Part shown: piece after piece, positions 18,937 through 28,383 of the stretch
How positions within the stretch are numbered: position 1 is the first letter of the stretch
Layout: the number at the start of each line of letters is the position of its first letter
Virus record (IMG/VR): IMGVR_UViG_3300020202_000001
Coordinates: 124,001-188,000 of that record
Reading direction: 5' to 3' (one strand)
Length of the DNA: 64,000 nt
Translations under genes and position numbers: made by a program
Notes under the pieces: generated by a model
Database searches by the model: none
Seen by the model: the letters and a program-made list of their open reading frames with translations, nothing else
Told to the model about the DNA's origin: nothing

Positions 18937-19942
18937 CGAGACGAAGAAGCCCAGCCCGAAGCTGCGGAGCCGCAAGGCGATCGCGGCGTGGATCTTGGAC
19001 GCGCTGGAGGACGGGTACGACCGCCACGAGCAGGAGACCTTCATCTTCTGCCTCGACACCGAGGACAGCTCCGCCGACTTCAGCTTCGACCACCTGCTGG
19101 AGGTGTACCAGAAGGGCGAGGGCGGCGAGGCCGCCAAGGACCCGCTCTGGATCAAGCACGTCCGCCGGCACTTCGCCAAGGAGTATTGCAAGTGGGAGCC
19201 GGACGGGCTCGACCAGGAGGAGGACGACGTACCCGAGGAGGACCAGTTCCCCCCGGACGACTACGACCTCGACCCGACCGAGCACGGCTGCTACACGCTG
19301 TACGAGTGGGCGAACGACGACATGCAGCGGCTCTTCGGGACCAGCCTGAAGAGCGGCGTCCCCGACGACGACTGCTGGAACACGCTCCCTGACGGCACGG
19401 AGGTGGCGGTAAAGTTCGGCTGGGTCGACCGCGGGTACGGCGACAACACGCTCGTGCTGGCGGAGTTCGAGGGCTACAAGTGCACCGAGGACGACCTCGG
19501 GTACCGCCTGAAGATCGACGCCGAGGGCCTGAAGCCGACCTACTGGCACCAGATCAAGGGCGAGACGATCGAGCGCGACTACGACCCCGACGACACCGGC
19601 CCCCTCTCGTGGAAGGAGCTGAAGCTCCTGTACGAGTACGTCAAGATGATTAAGGACTGGTTCGACGCGGGGCACTACAAGCAGGAGATGGAGTACCAGG
19701 CGAGCTGGTCCTTCTTCGAGAACATCTGCGAGGGCGAGGACTTCCCCAACCCGACGCAGGACCGCATCGACGCCGAGTGGACGCAGAAGCGGAAGGACGC
19801 CGAGCGCGCCCGCCAGCTCGCGTTCCTCGACACGTTCCGAGGCACCGGCCGCCGCGCGGTCGCGACGATCACACCCGGCAAAAGACTCAAGCGGTCGCAC
19901 ACGTTGCGTCGCCGGGTCGAGTTCGTGGACGCAATGCTATGA
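18917..19942 (+). CDS. hypothetical acidic protein
   Basis: GAGGAGG RBS; typical codon usage. Confidence 0.75.
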   Translation: MAVTQSNETKKPSPKLRSRKAIAAWILDALEDGYDRHEQETFIFCLDTEDSSADFSFDHLLEVYQKGEGGEAAKDPLWIKHVRRHFAKEYCKWEPDGLDQEEDDVPEEDQFPPDDYDLDPTEHGCYTLYEWANDDMQRLFGTSLKSGVPDDDCWNTLPDGTEVAVKFGWVDRGYGDNTLVLAEFEGYKCTEDDLGYRLKIDAEGLKPTYWHQIKGETIERDYDPDDTGPLSWKELKLLYEYVKMIKDWFDAGHYKQEMEYQASWSFFENICEGEDFPNPTQDRIDAEWTQKRKDAERARQLAFLDTFRGTGRRAVATITPGKRLKRSHTLRRRVEFVDAML

Positions 19943-20643
19943 AGATCCAATACGAAGAGGGCGACAAGGTCGTCGTGAAGGAGACCGGCGTCTGGGCACG
20001 GGTCAAGCGGGTCGTGGTGAACAGCACCACGACGCAGACGCTCGTGCTCGACAACGGCGACACGCCGTTCGCCGACCAGGTCAGGCCGGCGATCGACGTC
20101 GGGCTGCTGATGGGTGAGGGGCAGACCAGCCGCGTGTTCCTCGGCATGCCCGGGACGCTGGCGGAGGAGCCCCACCGCGACGCGATGGAGCTGGCACAGC
20201 ACTACAACCAGGCCCTGGAGATGGAGGACAAGTCCAACTTCGAGGTGATCTGGGTCGAGACGGTCGACGAGCTGGAGGCCGCCATCCGGGAGGCCAACGG
20301 CGACGAGGTGCCCGAGACGGTCACCTGCAACGACGGCACCGTCGTCAAGGTGGGCGACCCCGTGTGGTGGGAGGACCCCGACGAGGGTAAGTGCTCGGGC
20401 AACCGCAAGATCGCCAAGATCAAGTCCGAGGACGAGGTCGTCCTGACGGACGAGACCGGCGACGACGAGACCGAGTGCGACCCCGGCGAGGAGCTGTCGG
20501 TCGCCCAGCTCGACTGCGACCAGTGCGGCAAGCCGATGTTCGTGCAGGAGGACGGCGTCGCCCACCACCTCGACGTGGACCGGGCCGAGGTCGACCACGA
20601 CGCGGACGCCGACCACGTCCCGCTGAACAAGCTGCTGGCGTAG
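19939..20643 (+). CDS. hypothetical protein (SH3-like segments, C-terminal CxxC)
   Basis: ATGA coupling; EGDKVVVK and VKVGDPVWW motifs. Confidence 0.7.
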   Translation: MKIQYEEGDKVVVKETGVWARVKRVVVNSTTTQTLVLDNGDTPFADQVRPAIDVGLLMGEGQTSRVFLGMPGTLAEEPHRDAMELAQHYNQALEMEDKSNFEVIWVETVDELEAAIREANGDEVPETVTCNDGTVVKVGDPVWWEDPDEGKCSGNRKIAKIKSEDEVVLTDETGDDETECDPGEELSVAQLDCDQCGKPMFVQEDGVAHHLDVDRAEVDHDADADHVPLNKLLA

Positions 20644-20692
20644 TCCCCCGACCGGGGGTGTGATAGGATGTGTCCCTTTCCGGGCACCGACA

Positions 20693-20712
20693 TTCAAAAA
20701 CCGGTTTTGAGA
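20693..20712 (+). repeat. dispersed 20-bp quasi-palindrome, copy 3 (TTCAAAAACCGGTTTTGAGA)
   Basis: Identical to copy 1; abuts the AAGGAG RBS of the next gene. Confidence 0.95.
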
Positions 20713-20727
20713 AGGAGATCAAACAGC

Positions 20728-21477
20728 ATGGCCGAAGACCAACCCCCAGCCGAAGCGCCGAAGGTCCGCAAGGACCTCAACGCGTCGGAGTACCTCGCCA
20801 AGTCCCTGAAGGTGGCCGAGGACTTCGTCGTGAACGCCAACGGCTACATCGACCTCGTGAACTCGACGCCCCGCCCGGACAAGATCGCCGTGGGCGACTT
20901 CTTCCTCACGCTCGACGGCAGCCTGGTGCAGGTGATCCGCGAGATCCGACCGAACCCGACCCAGTGCCCGAGCTGCGGCGGGCAGCAGGCCCCCGGCGGC
21001 ATCATGGGCCTCTTCATCGGCATGACGCAGCAAGGCATGTTCGCCCGGCCGGCGTCCGAGGAGGAGGCCGGTGCCGGCGACGAGGCGGGCGACGACGAAC
21101 AGGCGTGCGAGCATAAGCCCGACGACAAGGACAACCCGCTCAAGGGCTACGTCTGCTCGATCATCAAGGGCGGGCACGGGTACAAGGACCTGTACGGGGA
21201 GAAGCCGGGCGAGAAGTACGGCGTCGACCCGACCGGGCTGGCGATCATCCCGAACGCCGACCCCGAGGACCGCGGCGTCATCGTCAGCTACCAGATCCGC
21301 CTCGTCGGGCTCACGCTCAAGAAGCGGATGCGTGCCACGTTCGTCTCGGCCGAGGCGGCCACGACCGAGCACCCGGAGGTCCGGCAGCAGCACGTCATGC
21401 CGCCGGCCGAGCAGCGCCCGGTCGAGAGCGAGTCGCTGACGACCGCCAAGGACCGGAACCCCAACCCCAATGCGTGA
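20728..21477 (+). CDS. hypothetical protein
   Basis: AAGGAG RBS before ATG 20728. Confidence 0.75.
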   Translation: MAEDQPPAEAPKVRKDLNASEYLAKSLKVAEDFVVNANGYIDLVNSTPRPDKIAVGDFFLTLDGSLVQVIREIRPNPTQCPSCGGQQAPGGIMGLFIGMTQQGMFARPASEEEAGAGDEAGDDEQACEHKPDDKDNPLKGYVCSIIKGGHGYKDLYGEKPGEKYGVDPTGLAIIPNADPEDRGVIVSYQIRLVGLTLKKRMRATFVSAEAATTEHPEVRQQHVMPPAEQRPVESESLTTAKDRNPNPNA

Positions 21478-21751
21478 GCGAGTAGCCCGACTCCTGCGGC
21501 GGATCACGGAGGGCTGCAAGGCCCTCCGTGGTCGGCTGCGGGAGTTCTACAACGTGCACCTCGGCCCCGGCCACGTCGTCATCATGGAGCGGGGCAAGGT
21601 GATCTACGACGGGCCGAGGGCGAACATGCCCCCGCACGTCAAGCGACGGTCGGACGCGCTGGAGGCCGAGGGCCTCCGCATGGCGGCCGACGCCGAGAAG
21701 ATGTTCAAGGACTTCGCCGAGAAGCTCCGCGAGCACCGCAAGAGGAGCTGA
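21470..21751 (+). CDS. hypothetical protein
   Basis: Coupled between neighbouring genes, typical codons. Confidence 0.6.
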   Translation: MRERVARLLRRITEGCKALRGRLREFYNVHLGPGHVVIMERGKVIYDGPRANMPPHVKRRSDALEAEGLRMAADAEKMFKDFAEKLREHRKRS

Positions 21752-21753
21752 CC

Positions 21754-22509
21754 ATGTTCCGTGGACCCAAGGGCATGCTGTCCGGGATCGAGATCGCCGA
21801 CGCCGTGCGGCGCGAGCGTGAGTACCGAAGCCTGATCGCGCAGACGCTGGTCGGCCCGCACGGCGACAGCCTGGACGGCGACGGCCACCTGTCGTGGGCG
21901 CAGCGGGCCAGGCTCTGGTGGCTGCAGCGGCAGCCGCGCATCCACATCGACGACTTCGACCCGACCCCGAGCGACCAGGGCGGCCGGCTGAACCCGAACA
22001 GCTACAACCTGCGGCTCCACCCGGACATGCTGGTGTACGACCTGATCGACGGCGTGCAGCTCAAGAGCAACGGCGCGGTGCCGTACCTCGACATGCGGAA
22101 GCCGAACCCGACGAAGAAGGTCGTCATCCCGGCCGAGGGCTACCTGCTCAAGCCGGGCGTCGGGTACCTGGCCCGCACGGTCGAGAACACCAACGCGTTC
22201 AACTGCGTGCCGTGCCTGAACGGACGCAGCTCGATCGGCCGGCTGTTCATCAACGTCCACGTCACGGCCGGGTTCGGCGACGTGGGCTTCTGCGGCACCT
22301 GGACGCTGGAGATCTTCGTGCTCCACCCGGTCATGGTGTACCCCAACGTCGAGATCTGTCAGATCGCCTACGACTCGATCTCACGACGCCACCGCCCCTA
22401 CCAGTCCCGCAAGTACGCGGGGCAGCAGGATGCGACGGCGTCCCGGCTCTACATGGACTTCCAACATGCCGGTCCTGACCGTCAACACCCAGCCACCGTA
22501 CCCGCCTAA
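21754..22509 (+). CDS. dcd: dCTP deaminase
   Basis: LNPNSYNLRL, LNGRSSIGRLFINVHVTAGFGDVGFCGTWTLEI, ICQI, KYAGQ motifs. Confidence 0.92.
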   Translation: MFRGPKGMLSGIEIADAVRREREYRSLIAQTLVGPHGDSLDGDGHLSWAQRARLWWLQRQPRIHIDDFDPTPSDQGGRLNPNSYNLRLHPDMLVYDLIDGVQLKSNGAVPYLDMRKPNPTKKVVIPAEGYLLKPGVGYLARTVENTNAFNCVPCLNGRSSIGRLFINVHVTAGFGDVGFCGTWTLEIFVLHPVMVYPNVEICQIAYDSISRRHRPYQSRKYAGQQDATASRLYMDFQHAGPDRQHPATVPA

Positions 22510-22999
22510 GCACGTCACGCTCGCCCGGATGCACATCGGCTTCGGGAAGGTGATGAAGCTCATCACGATCCTGATCCACAACCCGGCCAAGCCCGACGAG
22601 GAGGGCAACCCCTCCGTCGAGGGCGAGGCCGTGATCGACGAGGACGCGTTCAAGTCGCTCCTCGCCGGCACGTTCCCGCACAAGGAGCTGGACGGGCTCA
22701 AGGCCCCGACCGAGTCGAGCAGCGACCCGTCCCTGCCGGACGCGCTGCCGGCCCACGCGATCCGCTCGAACTTCGAGCACATGGCGAAGACGACCCTCCT
22801 GCCGGCCTTCAAGGGCAAGCGGGTGACCGTCAAGCCGGGCGTGCTGTTCAACCACAACAAGACGACCCCGACGACCGGGACGATCCACGACATCGTCTTC
22901 GCCGACACCGGCAACCCGCTGCTGCAGCTGGTCGTCGACGAGGTGCCGTACACGACGACCGGCGAGAAGCCGACCGTCCAGTTCAACGAGATCGAGTAA
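22466..22999 (+). CDS. hypothetical protein
   Basis: ATG 22466 after GGA; typical codons. Confidence 0.65.
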   Translation: MPVLTVNTQPPYPPKHVTLARMHIGFGKVMKLITILIHNPAKPDEEGNPSVEGEAVIDEDAFKSLLAGTFPHKELDGLKAPTESSSDPSLPDALPAHAIRSNFEHMAKTTLLPAFKGKRVTVKPGVLFNHNKTTPTTGTIHDIVFADTGNPLLQLVVDEVPYTTTGEKPTVQFNEIE

Positions 23000-23003
23000 C
23001 GCC

Positions 23004-23360
23004 ATGGCCGACAAGCAGAAGCCCAAGGGCAAGGCGGGGCAGTGGGAGATCGAGCACAACATCGTGCTCAGCACCGGGCACATCACCCTCAAGGACCGCG
23101 ACCTGTTGCACGAGGACGCCGGGCCGTGGGAGTCGAGGCCGAAGCCCGGCCTGATCGTGTACGAGTACGAGGAGGGGTTCTTCCTCCACTGCTCGCCCGA
23201 CCAGGGGTTCTTCGAGGACGAGCTGCGGGTCGCCCAGCACCGCGGGTACAGCGCCGACCTCATCGCCCTGATGCGGCTGGCCAAGGCCCAGAACTGCAAG
23301 TTCGTCCACCTCGACGCGGACGGCCCGGTCCACCCCAACCTCCCCCAGCACGATTGGTAG
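23004..23360 (+). CDS. DUF5983-like protein
   Basis: LSTGHIT..D..LL, YEEGFF, A..QNC.FVHLDADGP..LP.HDW signature. Confidence 0.65.
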   Translation: MADKQKPKGKAGQWEIEHNIVLSTGHITLKDRDLLHEDAGPWESRPKPGLIVYEYEEGFFLHCSPDQGFFEDELRVAQHRGYSADLIALMRLAKAQNCKFVHLDADGPVHPNLPQHDW

Positions 23361-23380
23361 GCTCGAAGGGGACCGGGACA

Positions 23381-23522
23381 GGGCTCGGGGAGCGGAGCGT
23401 AGCGAAGCGACCCCGAGCCCGACTCGAAGAGAAGCCAGGCGGTTAAGAACAACACCGTGGAAATGAGCCGCCCTAGCGGCCGGCGAAGCCGGCCACGGGG
23501 GTTGTTTTGATCTCTTCGGGGT
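23381..23522. other. highly structured intergenic element (single-strand-origin-like DNA or ncRNA)
   Basis: 10-bp stem with an (AGCGN)4 loop, followed by a ~100-nt branched stem containing a GC-GAA-GC hairpin. Confidence 0.6.
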
Positions 23523-23532
23523 GACGTCTTGC

Positions 23533-23561
23533 TTGACTCCCCCGAATGGAGGAGGTATTTA
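23533..23561 (+). promoter_or_regulatory. sigma70-like promoter
   Basis: TTGACT-17 nt-TATTTA, followed by an AT-rich stretch. Confidence 0.55.
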
Positions 23562-23605
23562 TACCCTAAGGGTAGAATAACAAGACTTTTCCACTTTGGA
23601 GCCAA

Positions 23606-24553
23606 ATGGCCGCGTTCATCACCTATCCGTTCGAGCCCGAGGGCCTGTTCCAGGGTCACGGCTACTCGGCGGCGCGGCGGGCGGTCCTCTGGCCGGTCGT
23701 CCTGCCGGCGCTGAAGGCCGCCGCCCGGCAGGCGGGCACGAAGTTCGAGAAGCCGGGGCTGGCGGTCGCCCACCAGACCCTGCACGACGTGTGGCGGTCC
23801 CGCATCAAGAAGCTCGCCTCGGCCGGGTGGTCCCCGGTGCGGGCCGACGCCGACGCGGACCCCAAGGCGGACGGGACCCGGTCTGCCAACTACCGGTTCG
23901 TGTGCGTCGCCAACTGCCCGCCGTTCGCCGCCCGTACGCGGCGGGGGCAGAAGGGCCACGAGTGCCACCGGTCCCGCGTCTGCCCGATGTGCTACGCCCG
24001 CCGCGTCGTCATCGAGCTGTACAAGGCGACCGCGTACGCGTTCTTCCCCGACGACGAGGGCCGGCGGCACCAGCGGGTCGGGATCGCCGCCTGCCGGCGG
24101 ACGTTCGACGTGGGGCTGAGCGAGCGCGGGGCGGACGGGTGGCTGCTGGAGGCCAACCGCCTCCGGTTCGCCGACGCCGACCGCGTGCCCACCGCCCGCG
24201 GGTCCGCCGTGCTCACCACGTTCGAGCCGCTGCAGGGCCAGCCCGGCCGCATCCGCATCGTCCGGTCCACGCTGCTGCTCGTCCCGCAGGCGATCGACCT
24301 CGACCCGCTCCGGGTCAAAGGCGACGTCATGGCGGTCGAGCCGGCCGAGGTGACGAAGAAGTCGATCGGGCAGGTGGTGTCGTGGGCGGCGAAGTACCCG
24401 CTCGGCATGATGTACGGGGACGCCCCGATCGCCGTGGCCCTGTACGAGGCGGCGGCCGCCAAGCGGGCGAAGATGTTCACGACCGCCGGCCTGTTACGCA
24501 ACAACCAAGCCCGCACCCCCGCCCGTGCGGCGGACGCGAGCCAGCTCGATTGA
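23606..24553 (+). CDS. degenerate rolling-circle Rep (HUH, Rep_1-like) protein
   Basis: CHRSRVCPMCYARR zinc motif, GSAVLTTFEP, WAAKYP (motif III-like Tyr), LYEA..KRAKMFTTAGLLR; HUH histidines absent. Confidence 0.45.
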   Translation: MAAFITYPFEPEGLFQGHGYSAARRAVLWPVVLPALKAAARQAGTKFEKPGLAVAHQTLHDVWRSRIKKLASAGWSPVRADADADPKADGTRSANYRFVCVANCPPFAARTRRGQKGHECHRSRVCPMCYARRVVIELYKATAYAFFPDDEGRRHQRVGIAACRRTFDVGLSERGADGWLLEANRLRFADADRVPTARGSAVLTTFEPLQGQPGRIRIVRSTLLLVPQAIDLDPLRVKGDVMAVEPAEVTKKSIGQVVSWAAKYPLGMMYGDAPIAVALYEAAAAKRAKMFTTAGLLRNNQARTPARAADASQLD

Positions 24554-24562
24554 CCATCACGC

Positions 24563-24868
24563 ATGAAGCAACTCTACCGAATCATCGAGACGGATGTGGA
24601 CGGGTGCGGCTCCGACGCCGCTTCCGGCCTGTACACCGACCCGCAGGACCGCGACCCGAAGGAGGTCACCGACGCGATCATGCGGGAATCTGAGGCATTC
24701 CTCGACCGCAAGCGCGCTCTGCGAAACGAGACCGACGACAACGCGGCCGACCGCGACGAAGAGGACGACGACGGGACCTACGACAGCGACGAGCTGTTCG
24801 AGGCCGTCGTCGAGGCGATCGGCCTCGCCCCCGTCGAGGACGTCCTCCTCACGGAGGTCGAGGTTTGA
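24563..24868 (+). CDS. hypothetical acidic protein
   Basis: Typical codons. Confidence 0.65.
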   Translation: MKQLYRIIETDVDGCGSDAASGLYTDPQDRDPKEVTDAIMRESEAFLDRKRALRNETDDNAADRDEEDDDGTYDSDELFEAVVEAIGLAPVEDVLLTEVEV

Positions 24869-24883
24869 CCTTGGAGGGCCGGT

Positions 24884-24903
24884 TCTCAAAACCGGTTTTT
24901 GAA
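24884..24903 (-). repeat. dispersed 20-bp quasi-palindrome, copy 4 (TCTCAAAACCGGTTTTTGAA)
   Basis: Identical to copy 2; last A is the A of ATG 24903. Confidence 0.95.
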
Positions 24904-25286
24904 TGGCGAAGCGAATCCACCTGAGCAAGGCGGTAACCTCGCAGGAGTTCGCCGAGATGCTTACCGGCCTGCACGAGAACGTCACGGCGATGCTGTGCCG
25001 GCTCGTGACGGGGAAGGGCGAGTTCGTCGACGAAGCGCCCGTGCTCATCAAGCGGCTGGAACACACGCCGCTGCGGATCGGCGGCGATCTGCTGACCGCG
25101 GTCGAGCTGCACACGGAGAAGAACGAGCTGCACTTCTTCGTCGATTACGTCCACGACCCCGACGACCAAGCGATTCCGCAGGGCAACCCCGAGTATCGGG
25201 GCGAAGAGGACTGGTGGGACCTTCTGCAGCCCCTGCGGATGATCGAGATCCTGGAGTGGGCCGAGCAGGCCCCGGTGAAGGCATGA
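24903..25286 (+). CDS. hypothetical protein
   Basis: Typical codons; ATGA-coupled to the next gene. Confidence 0.7.
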   Translation: MAKRIHLSKAVTSQEFAEMLTGLHENVTAMLCRLVTGKGEFVDEAPVLIKRLEHTPLRIGGDLLTAVELHTEKNELHFFVDYVHDPDDQAIPQGNPEYRGEEDWWDLLQPLRMIEILEWAEQAPVKA

Positions 25287-25741
25287 CGCAGGAGACAGGC
25301 ACCACCGAGCAGACGCTCGAAGCCGTGTGCGACGCGATGCTCGTCGACATGGACGGGCTCGCGCGGCAGGCGGCACCGAACGACGCGAAGCGACAGGACG
25401 AGCTGAAGACCGGCGAGAACCTGGGCACGTTCATCAACGTGCTCTTCAACGCCGACAACAGCATCGCGGACGTGCTCCGGCTGATCCTCAAGGCGGCCGA
25501 GGAGCCGTACTGGAAGGTCAACGGGTACTTCCGCGAACCGGACGGCGGGAAGCGGAACCACCTCGGCGAGGTCGCGTTCCGCGCCCCCGACGTCCAGACG
25601 GCCGGCGACCAGGCCTGGGAGCGACTGTGGGAGGCACGACTGACCTCCGCCGGCTGCACCTGGGTCTTCGACGCCGACCAGGTCGACCACCACGAGGCGA
25701 ACAGCCTCGAAGACGACACCGGCACCGTCCGGCGATTGTGA
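25283..25741 (+). CDS. hypothetical protein
   Basis: ATGA coupling. Confidence 0.7.
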   Translation: MTQETGTTEQTLEAVCDAMLVDMDGLARQAAPNDAKRQDELKTGENLGTFINVLFNADNSIADVLRLILKAAEEPYWKVNGYFREPDGGKRNHLGEVAFRAPDVQTAGDQAWERLWEARLTSAGCTWVFDADQVDHHEANSLEDDTGTVRRL

Positions 25742-25748
25742 CAACACC

Positions 25749-27278
25749 ATGAAGCAACACGTCCGAATCACGCAGGCCACGCAAGAGGGGACGATCCAGA
25801 CCGCCGAGGGCGTCCTCGACTTCGCCTCGGGCCAGGTCGCCCTCGACTTCGAGATGGCGGTCAACGCGGGGATGACCTACCGCATCCACCTGAACGACGA
25901 GAAGCCCGCCAAGACCGGCAAGGAGGACCACCTCCGGGCCGCCGTCGAGAACGCCGCCGCGATCAGCGACTACTTCCACTGCCAGAAGGAGCGGTTCCAG
26001 CGGTTCTACGACGAGCACGCCGACGCGCTCTCCGGGTTCCCCGGGATCTGGAAGCTGTGCGGCGACGCCGGCATCGCGCTGGCGATCGCCGAGCGGAAGC
26101 TCAAGATCGAGTGGGGCGAGGACGCCGAGTGGATCGACACGGTCCAGGCGTTCTCGCACCGCGTCATGTACCCGCAGCACGTCGAGGGGCTGCCCGCCCA
26201 CGAGTACCAAGGCGGCAACCACGACGACAAGTTCCTCCTCGCCCTGGCGGTGCGGACGATCGAGGACGCGAAGGCCGGGAAGCTCGACGGGTACTGGGAC
26301 ACCGACGAGGCGAACAAGTCGGGCGACGTCGCCGCCGACCACCCCGAGGAGCTGGACTCGGCCGAGCGGGCCGACCAGCAGCGACAGGTCGAAAAGTTCA
26401 CCCCGGCCGTGAAGCCCGGCCCGGACGACCCGTGCCCGGGCTGCTCGTACTGCGAGGGCTTGGGCGGGGACAAGCACGCGACCGGGCAGGCGGCCGCCCG
26501 GTGCCCCCGCTGTGGCGGCAAGGCCACGCCGGTCGACGTCGGCGCGGCGGTCGTGTTCAACGCCCGCCGACTCGTCCTGCTGATCCTCCGGCGGGCCGAC
26601 GTGCCGAGCACGTACGCGGGGCAGTGGGTGCTGCCGGGCGGCAAGGCGGACACGCTCGAATCCGTCAGCGACGCCGCCGTACGCGAGCTGAAGGAGGAGA
26701 CGGGCGTCGTCGCGTACGCGACCGGGCGGCTGGAGCGTACGACGCTCACGCCGGACGGCCGCCACCGCCGGCACTGGATTACCTGCCACCTCGACCCCGA
26801 CAGCCCGCAGGCGGAGAACAAGGAGCCGGAGAAGCACGAGCGTGTGTACTGGTTCAACCCGACCGCCCTGCCGGAGAACATGTCGGAGGACGACCGGCAG
26901 GCGATCCTCTACCTGACCGGGCCGATTACCCCCGGCCACCCGTACGCCGTCATCAACGCCGAGCCGGTGACGGCCAAGGCGCTCGTCATCACCCTGTTGG
27001 CGACCGTCTCCCTCGACGCGACCGAGGAGGAGCTGGCGAAGCTCACCCCGGACGAGCGGTGGGAGGCGGCGAACTGGGCGATGGCGAGCAGCCTGAGCGC
27101 GAGCGACAACGACGACGTCGTGGTGCCGCCCAAGCCGGCGTGCCTCGACAAGATCAAGGAGTGCCCCCAGCCGTGGGATCAACCAACACCGAGCAGCTCC
27201 GCAGCGCCTCCCGCATCAACACCGGACGGGTCACCAAGCCCGCCACCGTCGACGTCCCCGGACCCGTCGAACAGCTGA
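25749..27278 (+). CDS. multidomain protein with zinc ribbon and Nudix hydrolase domain
   Basis: Nudix box GQWVLPGGKADTLESVSDAAVRELKEETG; NKEPEKH..VYWF; CPGC..CPRC. Confidence 0.85.
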   Translation: MKQHVRITQATQEGTIQTAEGVLDFASGQVALDFEMAVNAGMTYRIHLNDEKPAKTGKEDHLRAAVENAAAISDYFHCQKERFQRFYDEHADALSGFPGIWKLCGDAGIALAIAERKLKIEWGEDAEWIDTVQAFSHRVMYPQHVEGLPAHEYQGGNHDDKFLLALAVRTIEDAKAGKLDGYWDTDEANKSGDVAADHPEELDSAERADQQRQVEKFTPAVKPGPDDPCPGCSYCEGLGGDKHATGQAAARCPRCGGKATPVDVGAAVVFNARRLVLLILRRADVPSTYAGQWVLPGGKADTLESVSDAAVRELKEETGVVAYATGRLERTTLTPDGRHRRHWITCHLDPDSPQAENKEPEKHERVYWFNPTALPENMSEDDRQAILYLTGPITPGHPYAVINAEPVTAKALVITLLATVSLDATEEELAKLTPDERWEAANWAMASSLSASDNDDVVVPPKPACLDKIKECPQPWDQPTPSSSAAPPASTPDGSPSPPPSTSPDPSNS

Positions 27279-27544
27279 CGCAGGAGCAGATGATCGTGCT
27301 GATCTCGCCCGGCAGCCCCTCGCCGGGCGAGATCGACTCGGACGCGTCGTTCGACGCGTTCGAGCGGCTGGGCGGCCCGTTCGGCGGCCGCATCCGGTTC
27401 GTCCGGGACAAGGCCGGTGACATCTGGGCCTGCGAGGTCCCCACGCGGCCGAAGACGCAGATGGAGCTGGAGGCGGACGTCGCCCTGGCCACGATGACGA
27501 TCATGGCCGGGACGAGGAAGCCCCATGGCCGACGCAACCCGTAA
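27173..27544 (+). CDS. hypothetical protein overlapping the Nudix gene 3' end
   Basis: GTG 27173 after AAGGAG (alternative ATG 27290 after AGGAG). Confidence 0.55.
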   Translation: MGSTNTEQLRSASRINTGRVTKPATVDVPGPVEQLTQEQMIVLISPGSPSPGEIDSDASFDAFERLGGPFGGRIRFVRDKAGDIWACEVPTRPKTQMELEADVALATMTIMAGTRKPHGRRNP

Positions 27545-27688
27545 GCGGTGCCCGCACGACGGCGGCACCTGTCACCACAACTGCAAGCGGACGTGCTACC
27601 GGCAACGGGGTCAAATGCGGCTGACGCAGCCGCACCCCGGTTTCCGATCCACGGCCGCACATCCCCCGTAGGAAGGACCCTGAAGCCA

Positions 27689-28306
27689 ATGGCTAAGAAG
27701 ATCAAGATCGAGAAGACGAGCAACAAGAAGAGCACCGTGCACGGCGTGCAGGTCACGATCGGCGGCATCCTGTTCGTGCCCGCCGGCAAGAAGACCTGGC
27801 CCACCCGCACGCACCGCGACCGCGCCGTCGAGAAGGTCGTGCAGGCGGTCATCGGGGCCAAGCCGCTCGACCTCGTGACGAAGGACCTGAACCCGCCGGC
27901 CCCGCTCAAGCCGCTCGGCAAGAGCAAGCCGGCGGCGAAGAAGGCCGCCGCCCCGGCCCCGAAGGCGGTCGGCACGAAGAGCGGCCGCGTCTCGGCGGCG
28001 AAGCCGAACAAGGCCAACAAGCCGAAGCGGTTGACGAAGGCCCAGGTCGCCGCGAACCCGGACCAGCCCTCGATCGACGCGGCCAACTCCGTCGACATCG
28101 ACGCGCTCGACACGGACGACGAGGCGGTGCCCAGCCCGGCCACCGACGCGGCGGCCGACGCCGCCGACGCGGCTGCCGCCGACGACGACACGCCGGACGG
28201 TGCCGCGCAGGCGATCGCCGAGGAGCAGGGCGAGCCCGAGGGCGAGCCGCTCGACGACCTCTCCGGCCCGAACGACGACGCCTCGAAGATGCCCGACGAG
28301 GCGTAG
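27689..28306 (+). CDS. Lys/Ala-rich protein with acidic tail (possible nucleoid-associated protein)
   Basis: AAGGA RBS; KPAAKKAAAPAPK then Asp/Ala-rich C-terminus. Confidence 0.7.
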   Translation: MAKKIKIEKTSNKKSTVHGVQVTIGGILFVPAGKKTWPTRTHRDRAVEKVVQAVIGAKPLDLVTKDLNPPAPLKPLGKSKPAAKKAAAPAPKAVGTKSGRVSAAKPNKANKPKRLTKAQVAANPDQPSIDAANSVDIDALDTDDEAVPSPATDAAADAADAAAADDDTPDGAAQAIAEEQGEPEGEPLDDLSGPNDDASKMPDEA

Positions 28307-28310
28307 GCCG

Positions 28311-28340
28311 TTGACGCGGTCCCCCGTCCGGGGGTAGTCT
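28311..28340 (+). promoter_or_regulatory. sigma70-like promoter
   Basis: TTGACG-18 nt-TAGTCT. Confidence 0.5.
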
Positions 28341-28383
28341 TCCACAACTCATACACCGGCCGAGCCGGGAAAAGGACGATGCA

